64,000 nucleotides of DNA, from positions 25,481,899-25,545,898 of the forward strand of contig OZ316891.1 of NCBI GenBank assembly GCA_973895155.1, written 5' to 3'. Each line of letters opens with the position of its first letter. The stretch's first letter is position 1. A model generated the notes under the pieces. The model ran no database searches and was not told the origin of the DNA. It saw nothing but the letters and a program-made list of their open reading frames with translations. The stretch comes from Marsupella aquatica (lineage: Eukaryota > Plantae > Marchantiophyta). The translations under genes and the position numbers were made by a program. Below, piece after piece: positions 1 to 10,735 of this stretch.

Positions 1-617
1 AGATTACTTATAATCAACTTAGTAAGAGATGTGCAGCAAAAATTTGGAACTCACAGTATAGGCATAGTGTGCTGGACCTCAATAGCAATGAGATTCCTTG
101 GGCTGTGAAGCACCGTATATGTAGCTTACGTCCTGAGGTGGAACTTGACGATGCACTAGTCACCTCACTTGCTAGATCATTTGTAGGACGGGAATATTCA
201 GGTCTGTATAGAGAAAATCCTAGACATTTTTGGTGGGAGATTATAGCAGTTAGGAACAACACCACCAAATTTCATCTCCCTGAAGATAAAGGGAGTTGCA
301 ACCGTGACATTAGGGTAGATAGTAAAGGAGACAAAGGCACATGCTCAAATAAATATTGTAAGGAACACTTTGTTTAGAGATCTGACTCATGTTAAGCCCA
401 TTAGATAGTAAAAATGGGTGCCAGCCCTGGATATTCATTGTAAGTTTGGACACAATTGTATATAATTATTTTCACACATTATCAATCAATGGTCCTTGCC
501 TGGGCTTCTTTGTGCGGAAATGTTTTTACAAGTATGATCTCTATCCCATGGTTCTTTGTGAACTAATAAGTAATATAATACTATTATAATTAATATAATA
601 CTAATAAGATTTGGCCT

Positions 618-698
618 ATAAAGTGTACATTTAGGTATCAAAAAGTGTACATTTGGGCTTCATAAAGTGTACATTTGGGGACATAAAAGTGTACATTT
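618..698. repeat. Four copies of AAGTGTACATTT at ~22-bp spacing
   Basis: Copies start at 621, 643, 665 and 687; near-palindromic core. Confidence 0.85.
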
Positions 699-1084
699 CA
701 GGACTGATTTGTGAACAAAAGAAAATACACTTTTAATGAATAGGCTGATCCTGGTCTATCAATGAAGTCGTAAGCTACCAAGGTGACCGTCGCCCAAGTA
801 CTACTATAAGTAACTATGTGGCACCACTTCTTACTAACTGTTCGAATGACGATCAAGTCCATGACCCGATTTCTAATCGCATTATCCGACAAATTCCCAA
901 GACAGTGGAAAAACTTTTTGACTAATGGCCAAATATATTTCTCGACAATATCGTTCGGAAAACCGGGTATCAGGTCTTCAGCTTGACTCCATATCATGTT
1001 TCGGTTCATAACCTTTGCACGTGCAATGCGCTCCATCATCATTTGACGATGAGATTTTTGATTCATGTCAAAGGACTGCAACAT
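698..1084 (-). CDS. Small F-box-like protein (128 aa)
   Basis: LIPGFPNDIVEKYIWPLV...IRTVSKKWCHIV resembles the plant LxPGLPdD...VskxW F-box consensus, with an insertion. Confidence 0.6.
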   Translation of the reverse strand: MLQSFDMNQKSHRQMMMERIARAKVMNRNMIWSQAEDLIPGFPNDIVEKYIWPLVKKFFHCLGNLSDNAIRNRVMDLIVIRTVSKKWCHIVTYSSTWATVTLVAYDFIDRPGSAYSLKVYFLLFTNQS

Positions 1085-1118
1085 AATATGGAAAAGATTA
1101 AGAACAAGAACCTATCCA

Positions 1119-1685
1119 TTAAGAACTGGGACCACCTAATTTCTGAGAAAATCTACCAAACCTTTCAATTAGAACATCTCGTTCTTCCTCATCTAAATAG
1201 TTATATTTGTTCGTAAAAAATATGATTTTGTCAAAAGTACTAGTCCCAAGAACAGATATTTCTGGAAGCATAGAAATATCCTGTCGAATAACTCGACAGA
1301 CTGAGTCAAACTCCAACTCGTCAGTTTCGGGTATGTAGTAAAGTCCTTTATTTGCGTCATCGACAATCCGGTTTGCTTGTTTGAGAATAGCCCATAACCT
1401 TGTATTTGTAACTAAAAAGTTCCACTTCTTGTTACAAGCTCCAAGCCAAATAAGGTCTCGGACCCTATCGATAACCAAATCAATATCGGGGTGTCGGTAT
1501 CCAGGCAATCCTTCAATTGAAATAAAGTGTTTGTAGAGTATTGGCCAAATGTTTGAAATGACCAAAACATTTGGTATTCCTCCAATGAGACTAGAGGAGG
1601 TTTCATCCAGTGTATCCCATATTGTTTTCTATTTCCTTTCATGAGATGAAAGGAAATCTTGAGCCTCATTCAAAAGTTGGCTCAT
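1119..1685 (-). pseudogene. F-box-like protein, paralog 2, one in-frame stop
   Basis: ATG at 1685 reads MSQLLNEAQ...RK*KTIW...LIGGIPNVLVISNIWPIL...LGACNKKWNFLV. Confidence 0.55.
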
Positions 1686-1750
1686 CCTGCTTTTATCATA
1701 TCACAAAACATTGTTAGAAGACATACGACGCGCTTGGTCACGTAAGTTAA

Positions 1751-2302
1751 CTAGAATTCCTTAAAAGCGTAGATGTCACCCTCAAGGTATCCAACTTCGT
1801 GGCATCTGACTATAAATTTCCATTTTTCAAGAGGGTGAAGAGCATCGTAAGTCTTCGTGAAGAGTTCCCTAAGATCTCTGGACATTGACCCCATGAATTT
1901 AATTTTTGGGTATTTCTGGAAGAAACTTTGAACTATCGATGAGAGAGACTCATTTCCGATCGATTTAGTAGGATTTCTTGGGAAAGCCAAATCTAATAAA
2001 CTCAACTTGATTACACCCAGAAGATAGGTATTCCCAACAAGGTGGCGCCATGTGCGACACACCAAAGATAGTCCTACAAACTCATCCAATTCCTTTATTG
2101 AGAAATTTCTTGCATTAGCCAAGGAATTAAAAGACTCCTTGATCCGAGGCCATATCAATTCCGCGACAATGATATCAGGAAGTCCAGGCAGTAGTGTTTC
2201 AACAAATACAAAATATCCCGCCAGTAGACCATCTTGGCTTCTGTCCAAAACGTCAAATATTGGGCATAGATATCTGAAGCTCTCCAGACCAGGTTCGCCC
2301 AT
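1751..2302 (-). CDS. F-box-like protein, paralog 3 (183 aa)
   Basis: LLPGLPDIIVAELIWPRI...LSLVCRTWRHLV. Confidence 0.6.
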   Translation of the reverse strand: MGEPGLESFRYLCPIFDVLDRSQDGLLAGYFVFVETLLPGLPDIIVAELIWPRIKESFNSLANARNFSIKELDEFVGLSLVCRTWRHLVGNTYLLGVIKLSLLDLAFPRNPTKSIGNESLSSIVQSFFQKYPKIKFMGSMSRDLRELFTKTYDALHPLEKWKFIVRCHEVGYLEGDIYAFKEF

Positions 2303-2444
2303 GACTCTTTTCAGCCAAATGATATATCCCAGAGATTATTTTTACGCGACTGGTCGCGTCTACAAATCAGAATGTATAAATAATTCTTTGAGAGACTGTG
2401 ATTTTTTTGGGTCACAACGTGACAAATCATAAATGTTGCTTCGT

Positions 2445-4490
2445 CCTCTAACAGAACCAGTCAATGAGAGAGCTACCTCAGACACAACTGGTCGCGTCAA
2501 TTGATCCTAAATAGAATGGTACCTTCTCTAACAAAACCAGCCAATGAGAGAGCTACCTCAGACGCGACTGGTCGCATCAACTGGTCCTAAAAGGAACCTT
2601 ACCTCCTCTAACAGAACTAGTCAATGAGAGATCTACCTTAGACGCGACTAGTCGCGTCAACTGGTCCTAAAAGGAACCTTACCTCCTCTAACAGAACTAG
2701 TCAATGAGAGCTACCTCAGACGCAACTGGTCGCGTCAACTGAACCTAAACAACTATATCCACTGAACCTTCCTAGTGGAGATTTGAATATGGTACGCGCT
2801 CAGTAAATCTATCCAGTTTCCTTCTCACACGCGACTGGTCGCGTCAACTGGTCCTCAAAGGAACCTTACCTCCTCTAACAGAACCAGTCAATGAGAGAGC
2901 TACCTCAGAGGCGACTGGTCGCGTCAACTGAACCTAAACAACTATATCCACTGAACCTTCCTAGTGGAGATTTGGATATGGTACGCGCTCAGTAAATCTA
3001 TCTAGTTTCCTTCTCACACGCGACTGGTCGCATCAACTGGTCCTCAAAGGAACCTTACCTCCTCTAACAAAACCGGTCAATGAGAGAGCTACCTCAGACG
3101 CGACTGGTCGCGTCAACTGAACCTAAACAACTATATCCACTGAACCTTCCTAGTGGAGATTTGGATATGGTACGCGCGTAGTAAATCTATCCAGTTTTCT
3201 TCTCACACGCGACTGGTCGCATCAACTGGTCCTCAAAGGAACCTTACCTCCTCTAACAAAACCGGTCAATGAGAGAGCTACCTCAGACGCGACTGGTCGC
3301 GTCAACTGAACCTAAATAACTATATCCATTGAACCTTCCTAGTGGAGATTTGGATATGGTACGCGCTCAGTAAATCTATCCAGTTTCCTTCTCACACGCG
3401 ATTGGTTGCGTCAACTGGTCCTCAAAGGAACCTTACCTCCTCTAACAGAACCAGTCAATGAGAGAGCTACCTCAAACGCGACTGGTCGCGTCAACTGAAC
3501 CTAAACAACTATATCCACTGAACCTTCCTAGTGGAGATTTGGATATGGTACGCGCTCAGTAAATCTATCCAGTTTCCTTCTCACACGCGATTGGTCGCGT
3601 CATCTGGTCCTCAAAGGAACCTTACCTCCTCTAACAGAACCGGTCAATGAGAGAGCTACCTCAGACGCGACTGGTCGCATCAACTGAACCTAAACAACTA
3701 TATCCACTGAACCTTCCTAGTGGAGATTTGGATATGGTACACGCTCAATAAATCTATCCAGTTTCCTTCTCACACAGGACTGGTCGCGTCATCAAGTCCT
3801 AAAAGGAACCTTACCTCTTCTAACAGAACCAGTCAATGAGAGAGCTACCTCAGACGCGACTGGTCGCGTCAACTGAACCTAAACAACTATATCCACTGAA
3901 CCTTCCTAGTGGAGATTTGGATATGGTACGCGCTCAGTAAATCTATCTAGTTTCCTTCGCACACGCAACTTGTCGCGTCAATTGGTCCTCAAAGGAACCT
4001 TACATCCTCTAACAGAACCAGTCAATGAGAGAGCTACCTCAGACGTGATTGGTCGCGTCAACTGAACCTAAACAACTATATCCACTGAACCTTCCTAGTG
4101 GAGATTTGAATATGGTACGCGCTCAGTAAATCTATCCAGTTTCCTTCTCACACGCGACTGGTCGCGTCAACTGGTCCTCAAAGGAACCTTACCTCCTCTA
4201 ACAGAACCAGTCAATGAGAGAGCTACCTCAGAGGCGACTGGTCGCGTCAACTGAACCTAAACAACTATATCCACTGAACCTTCCTAGTGGAGATTTGGAT
4301 ATGGTACGCGCTCAGTAAATCTATCTAGTTTCCTTCTCACACGCGACTGGTCGCATCAACTGGTCCTCAAAGGAACCTTACCTCCTCTAACAAAACCGAT
4401 CAATGAGAGAGCTACCTCAGACGCGACTGGTCGCGTCAACTGATCCTAAATGGAACCTCACAATCTTTTCATGCGACTGGTCGCGTCAAC
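2445..4490. repeat. Tandem satellite: three 80-bp units, nine ~189-bp units and a partial unit
   Basis: CCTCTAACAGAACC anchors at ~2445, 2525, 2605, 2685, 2872, 3061, 3250, 3439, 3628, 3817, 4006, 4195 and 4384; each long unit holds two ACGCGACTGGTCGCGT palindromes. Confidence 0.95.
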
Positions 4491-4581
4491 AGCTCAAACA
4501 ACTTTTGGAGACTAGGATAATACAATGATGATACAACTGTGATTACTGACCCGTATGGACAAGGAAATCCGAGTAAGCATG

Positions 4582-4648
4582 ATTTCATTCATTTGTATTC
4601 ATTCATTTGTATTCATTCATTTATATTCATTCATTTGTATTCATTCAT
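4582..4648. repeat. (ATTCATTCATTTGT)n minisatellite
   Basis: About 4-5 direct copies of a 14-bp unit. Confidence 0.85.
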
Positions 4649-5499
4649 GAACTTTACAATAATTCAGATGTTTGAGCTCTCATTGTGAGACTATTACATA
4701 TCAGAAGTTTAGAGAATGATTCAGCTAAGATGATTCAATTTAGCAGTCTACTGGTTGTATTTGTCAATTAAAGGATTCAGTGTAATGAGATTCACATAAC
4801 ATGAGAGTTTATATGATTAAATTCACAGCGTGCAAGTTTGTAATGACTTACTTAAGACAATTCAGGTTGTATTTTAATTAGTGAGTTTGTATGATTCACA
4901 CATATTTGAGTTTACAGACAAACCGCATTATGAAAACTCAGCTTAACAATCAAGAGAAATTTTAGCAAACAACAATCAACACTAGCAGAAAATGTAGAAA
5001 TTGCACCTGAATTCTGAAAAATTGATGTAATCGTCTGAGAGATTGACGTCCAAGCACTTAAAGACCTTGCTGCGGTATTCCAAAAAGTAAATATAAGATT
5101 GAAGATATTAATATGCTAAGCAACAACAACACAGCTTCTATACTTCTATACATAGAGCTTTGCTGCTGCCAATTGAATAACCTGTGCTTAATGCTAAGGA
5201 ACTCATTATGTCGAGTTAAAAAGACTCTTTCAAAAGTACAATCAAAGCTGTCGATAGACAAACTGAGCATGAATAAAAGCGCACTAAACCTGAAGATTGA
5301 AAGAGGTGAAACAAACTTGAATGATGAATGGAAGGAGCTGAAACAAGCTGCCAAAAAGTAGTTCGAGCTGTTGAAACACGTTGATCGAGCTGATATGAGC
5401 TTAAAATTGGCTGACACGAGCTGATACAAGCACTCCCAAAAAACTAGCTGCAACAAACCCAACGGGCTCCTAAGAATCCCTTCGAGCAAACTAGAAGTG

Positions 5500-5735
5500 A
5501 ATACGAGCTGTAAATGCGAGCTGCAACGCGCCAACAAGCTCCTAGTCGAAACGATCGACAACTACTAAGAGCTGCAACGCGCCAACAAGCACCTGACCAC
5601 ATCGAACGAGCTGCAACAACAAAAATGAAATCCAGGGCAGGAGCGAGAGCAAGAGCGACAAGAGCGAGAGCAAGAGCAACGAGAGTGAGAGCGAGAGCAA
5701 GAGCAACGAGAGTGAGAGCAAGAGCGATGAGAGTA
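5500..5735. repeat. Low-complexity GAGCTGCAAC / GAGCAA-GAGCGA repeats
   Basis: Repeated GAGCTGCAACGCGCCAACAAGC and a purine-rich hexamer run. Confidence 0.75.
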
Positions 5736-7139
5736 GGCGCGCAAAAGTCTGGGGAGCGAGAAACAACAACAATGAACAGTGAACTCGAGACCGTGGGCGC
5801 CGACACTAAGGAAGGACTAATTAGGGTATTATTTTAGCATAACCCTAATAACAGCCTAGCGACAAGAAGGTTCCAGATGATCTCTGTACACTCCACCATC
5901 GACTCAACAAACTATGCAAATTACTGGATTCCTTTTGATTTGCCATACTAAGGAGATTTCTATTTGATCGCCAATTTGAAATTTAAACCGGTAATTATGC
6001 AACTACGAAAGATTATTAGTGGGGACCCCCGGATCCGTATCTTCACTATATCTGCCAATTCAAATCCAAAATATGAACAACCGACAACTTTCTCACGATC
6101 ATTCCATCACGTAGTGGAGGCGAACTTCAAAATCATTCCATTTTGGTAGTGGAGACCATCGGATCCGGATCCGTACTCCACTCTCTATCTTGCCAATTCA
6201 AACCCAAACTCTAAACAACATAAAACAATTCTCATGGTCGGGGAGAACCGATATTCAAAATCAATCCTGTACAATGATTCTCACGACTGGAGACTCAACC
6301 AATTTTCAAAATCAAAATCGAGTCCAGATGAACACATCCTTCATGGAGTCAATAGACTGATCTCATTGCTCACGGATCATTCTTTATTTTCAGTTTCTCC
6401 TGACCAGGATACTAGCTGGGCTCTCAGCGGAGGCTGATCCAAGGCACATTTGAGGTGGAGCAGATTGGATCATTCGACTATTCCAGTTGGAGGCGGAGCT
6501 CATTCAAGCAACGCTGGCGCAGTTCTTGTTGTATCACCTTCAATCTTGGGGAGAGCACATCCGATCAAGCAGGAGAGTTGCAACGAAGCGAGATGACAAA
6601 GATTTTGAACCTCCATAGTCTGCCTCATTCATCGAAGCATTCTAGCGGACCAACAAAGAGCGGCTATTCTGAAATCACTGTCTGGTCGAGGATTTTGATC
6701 TTGATACGATCAACAAGTTGTCACTCTCTGGTGGTGGGATTCAGTCACGATACTCAAGGAAATTGGAGTTTGAAGGAGGAGGCTCAGTTGGCTGGGACGA
6801 GGAGGAGGCTACACTGGAAGGAAGAGGCTTGGCTAGGAGGAGGGTTTCCGCCAACATTGGAGGGTTGCTGCCAACATTGCTCAGACCACACGCAATTGAA
6901 TAACTTGTAAGTATCAATCAGCATTAATTTTGCAATAAATGAGGAGAGTAGTTGCCTTAAATCACGCATTCAATGCATGAATTGAGTCAATGAAGTTATG
7001 GTCCAATTTCTCACTCCGATTTTGATCAATCCGTGTTTCAAGTCCAATACAGAAGCAATGTATCAGAAGTACTAGTAGAGGATCCGAATGAGTTCTCTAG
7101 TCTAAAATTGCGGCGTTCAAGTATAGTTGTCCGTATGTT

Positions 7140-8190
7140 TTGCTATTGTTTATTGTAGTCGACGGCCTAGCAAAACGAAACATAATCAAGGTCCATTTCT
7201 CAGATCAGACTGATCTCAACTTGTTAGTAGGATGACCTGTTTTTTTGGTTACACATGTAGTTCATCACGCGCACAGTCGCGTGGCCCAATTTATCTCGTG
7301 TCTTTTGATATTGTTTATTGTAGTTGATAGCCTAGCAAATTGGCCAGCAATCTATTTTAAAACCAAGGTCTGCGTTTCATCACGCGCCCGGTTGCGTTAA
7401 TGTTTTAGAGGTCAGCGAAAGCTCTGCACTCTTAGACGTAATTGCCCTTTATTTCTCAGATCTTCCTGATCTCAACTTGTTAGTAGGATGACCTATTTTT
7501 TTGGTTACACATGTAGTTCATCACGCGCATAGTCGCGTGAACCAATTTATCTCAGGTCTTTTTGATATTGTTTATTGTAGTCGACTGCCTAGTGAATTGG
7601 CCAAAAATCTATTTTAAAACCGAGGTCTTCGTTTCATCACACGCCCGGTCGTGTTAATGTTTTAGAGGTCAGCGAAAGCTCTACATTCTTAGACATAATC
7701 ACCCTTTATTTCTCAGATCTTCCTGATCTCAACTTGTTAGTTGGATGGCCTATTTTTTTGGTTACACATGTAGTTCATCACGCGCACAGTCGTGTGAACC
7801 AATTTATCTCAGGTCTTTTTGATATTGTTTATTGTAGTTGACAGCCTAGCAAATTGGCCAAAAATCTATTTTAAAACCAACGTCTTCATTTCATCACGCG
7901 CCCGGTCGCTTTAATGTTTTAGAGGTCAACAAAAGCTCTGCATTCTTAGACGTAATCGCCCTTTATTTCTCAGATCTGCCTGATCTCAACTTGTTAGTAG
8001 GATGACCTGTTTTTTTTGGTTACACATGTAGTTCATCACGCGCACAGTCGCGTGAACCAATTTATCTAAGGCCTTTTTAATATTGTTTATTGTAGTCGAC
8101 AGCCTAGTGAATTGGCCAAAAATCTATTTTAAAACCAACGTCTTCGTTTCATCACTTGCCCGGTCGCGAAAATGTTTTAGAGGTCAGAGA
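7140..8190. repeat. Tandem satellite, ~257-bp unit, about 4 copies
   Basis: TTGTTTATTGTAGT anchors at ~7146, 7311, 7568, 7825 and 8083; full units carry two ACGCG(N)6-TCGCGT palindrome variants. Confidence 0.92.
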
Positions 8191-8585
8191 AATCTCGTGG
8201 ATGATTTTTCCTTGATTGCAAAAATGGTTACATCGATCCCGAAGGACTTCAGATGTGGAATCCATATCCACTAGCACTATCCAGGAATTTAACTGACCTG
8301 GTCTTTCAAACACTATTTTCCACGGGACGAAATTAAGCTACACAGTATCTATAACAAGTTCTAACTTGAACTACTGTATATTCTAATCTGTAGTTCTAAT
8401 CTTTGACTACTCAAAATATTGTTGACTTCGATCGAGTCAGTCATTCCAAGATGAAGGCATCCACTCATCGGTGTCTGGTGTGGATTTCCTTGAATCCAAA
8501 AATTCTTCCTTTGCCCAAGTCCTAACGTCCATAGATTTTCTCGGCTTGCTCTTTCTATAATACAAATCAGAATCTTTGTTCATCT

Positions 8586-8978
8586 CTAATTGCCTTTTCT
8601 TCGGTGCGTCCACTTTCTTGGCCTCCTTCTTGACTGTCTTAGCGTCTGCTGCTGCTTCCCCCGAAATGGATTCGAGCATGCTTTGGCCTTCAACTTTCCC
8701 CCCCTCAAAATGGATTCCACGAGAGCTTTGCCCTTTAACTTCTCTCCTGATGCCATCTTTGTAGTCATCTTTGTCGGATTGGTCTCCATCTGATCTTCCA
8801 TCGACAAATGTGGCAAACAATGTCGTCTCTCACAAAACATTTGACCCAATTTAGTCACCGTAAACATTATATTACATCGTTGACACATTCTATAAGGAGT
8901 ACCACAAATTTGATACGTCGAACCTTCTGAATCGTCCATCGGAACATCCTCATTCTTCGAGCTCAGCGGAGTAGTCAT
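8586..8978 (-). CDS. Small hypothetical Cys-containing basic protein
   Basis: ATG-initiated 130-aa ORF with CQRC-x13-CERRHC; no family recognised. Confidence 0.3.
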   Translation of the reverse strand: MTTPLSSKNEDVPMDDSEGSTYQICGTPYRMCQRCNIMFTVTKLGQMFCERRHCLPHLSMEDQMETNPTKMTTKMASGEKLKGKALVESILRGGKLKAKACSNPFRGKQQQTLRQSRRRPRKWTHRRKGN

Positions 8979-9293
8979 CGCCCTTCAAACAAGAGATGCG
9001 GACCGAGACTAAGAATTGGAAATGAGAGAGCTGATGTGCGAATAGATTATCCAATAGCCAGAAAGTGGAATGTGTGGGGAAATGAGCAGTAGGGATCATC
9101 TCAATGCTTTATACTGTTTAGTCTCCACTAGTCATTGTACATAGTGGTTTCTAGAAGAGAGTGCGCGTTTGACTGGTGCGTATTAGAATTGGCGGGAAGT
9201 TCAGTTATCCTCTAATTATGGCTTTAATTTCATGTTTGGCAGCCGCCCCGAGAATACTGATTGCTAGTGAAGTACTGATATTTCTTATGAGGG

Positions 9294-9940
9294 TCAGTAG
9301 TTACTGACTGTCCGGTGTCCTGTACTCATTGGTAAACTGGTACTGTCCACTCATTTTTTCTGAGTGGAGTTGAAATGATTGTTCGTAATCGATTGTAGTC
9401 ATTCTCATTCACTTGAAATGACTGACGGACCATGCATAATCTGTTACCGGTATGTGTGATGCCTTCAGATCCGTAATTGTATCTTTCAGTCTCACGCGCA
9501 ATCGTATCTTATTATGAAGTACCAAGTACGAGCTAGAGTTTGGGCCTAGCCTTCTAGCTTCTACGTCGTAGACCCTGTTATCCCTACACCCTTTGACTAA
9601 GGTCACGTGACTAGTCGCGTGCAGGGTAGTGCATTGACTACATTCTGCTTACGTATTGACGGTCGTGACAGGACAATGCAGTTCATGGACGTTTTACTGG
9701 CACTTATTAGCATTACTGTACTCAGTAGTTACTGACTGCCCACTCATTTGTTCTGAGTGGATGTGAAATGATTGATCGTAATCGATTGTGGTTGTTCTCA
9801 TTCACTTGAAATGACTGACGGATCATGCAGTCTATTGCCGGTATGTGTGGTACCTCTAGGGTCACGCGACCAGTCACGTGCAGCGCAGTGCATTGACTAC
9901 ATTCTGCTTATTGACCGACGTGACAGGACAGTGCAGTGAA
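9294..9940. repeat. Local direct duplication
   Basis: ~9294-9460 matches ~9722-9850 and ~9600-9680 matches ~9859-9936; palindrome copies at 9605 and 9864. Confidence 0.85.
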
Positions 9941-9985
9941 GTTGACGGATGTCACAAGACTGTGCGCTTACAGTGATATTCTCTG

Positions 9986-10735
9986 ATGTGCAGAATCATA
10001 ATTATTATGGTGACATCAATAGTCTGGATCAGGGAAGGCGGACAAGTTATTATAGGCATACGTGAGAAACAGGTTGGAAAAGGTCGCGTGATAAGTCTTG
10101 ATCCTTCCAGGGTTTGTCACAATGTTCCTCTTGGGGCGGACAGAGTTCTTCTTCTATTGGAGGAAGTTTTTGACGAGACCATTCTATGCGAAGGTGATAA
10201 ACTTTTGAAGGACATGATTGGGGGTTACCTTGTATGGGAAAGGAATCAGCTTTTTCAAGCTCCCATAGAATCGGAGGATGTGTTTGGCACTATTGGTGAT
10301 GATCAAGATCTAGTCAATCAAAATTCTGATGGGAACAACCATAATGAGAGTCGGTCTGGTGTGGAAGTAGTTTTACCAAAGACCTTGTGGATGGGCATGC
10401 CTGTAAAGGTGGTGGATGAGAACAAGTTGATTTTTGCAGTGGCAACTATACATGTTCTAGATCCTATAGTGAAGCTTGGGGATGTCACCCTTGGGAATAC
10501 ACATGTGGGAATTCTGATCAACAATTTTGTCCACAGAGCATCTGAAGCATAGAGATTGCTTAAAAGCTTGGTCGATGGACCAACTCATTGCCAAGGATGG
10601 CAACTTGTTGTCTTTCCACAACATCAGGCAAGCTGTGGGAGGGAACACATCTCCAACAAGTGGCAAGGAGGTATTCTATTGTGCGAGCAAACAGGAGTTT
10701 TGCTAGCAAGGACAGCAGGCTAGCGAGGCAAGTTT
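9986..10735 (+). pseudogene. Two tandem Tnp1/En/Spm-like beta domains (TE accessory protein fragment)
   Basis: VGKGRVISLDPSRVCHNVPLG...GGYLVW and VATIHVLDPIVKLGDVTLG...*...KAWS; tail SGK..Y...DSRLARQ resembles SGKRSY...DTSLARQ at ~25850-25935. Confidence 0.5.

Noticed and set aside
2445-4490. CRISPR array (regular palindromic repeats)
   Set aside because: The intervening sequences are near-identical rather than unique spacers; no cas genes; eukaryotic context
5444-5837. Arg/Ala-rich and Leu/Ala-rich ORFs
   Set aside because: Products of a low-complexity hexamer repeat
8266-8280. ATC+CACTAG as the partner end of CACTA A
   Set aside because: The sequence after CACTAG (CACTAT) does not match the AAGAAAACC TIR
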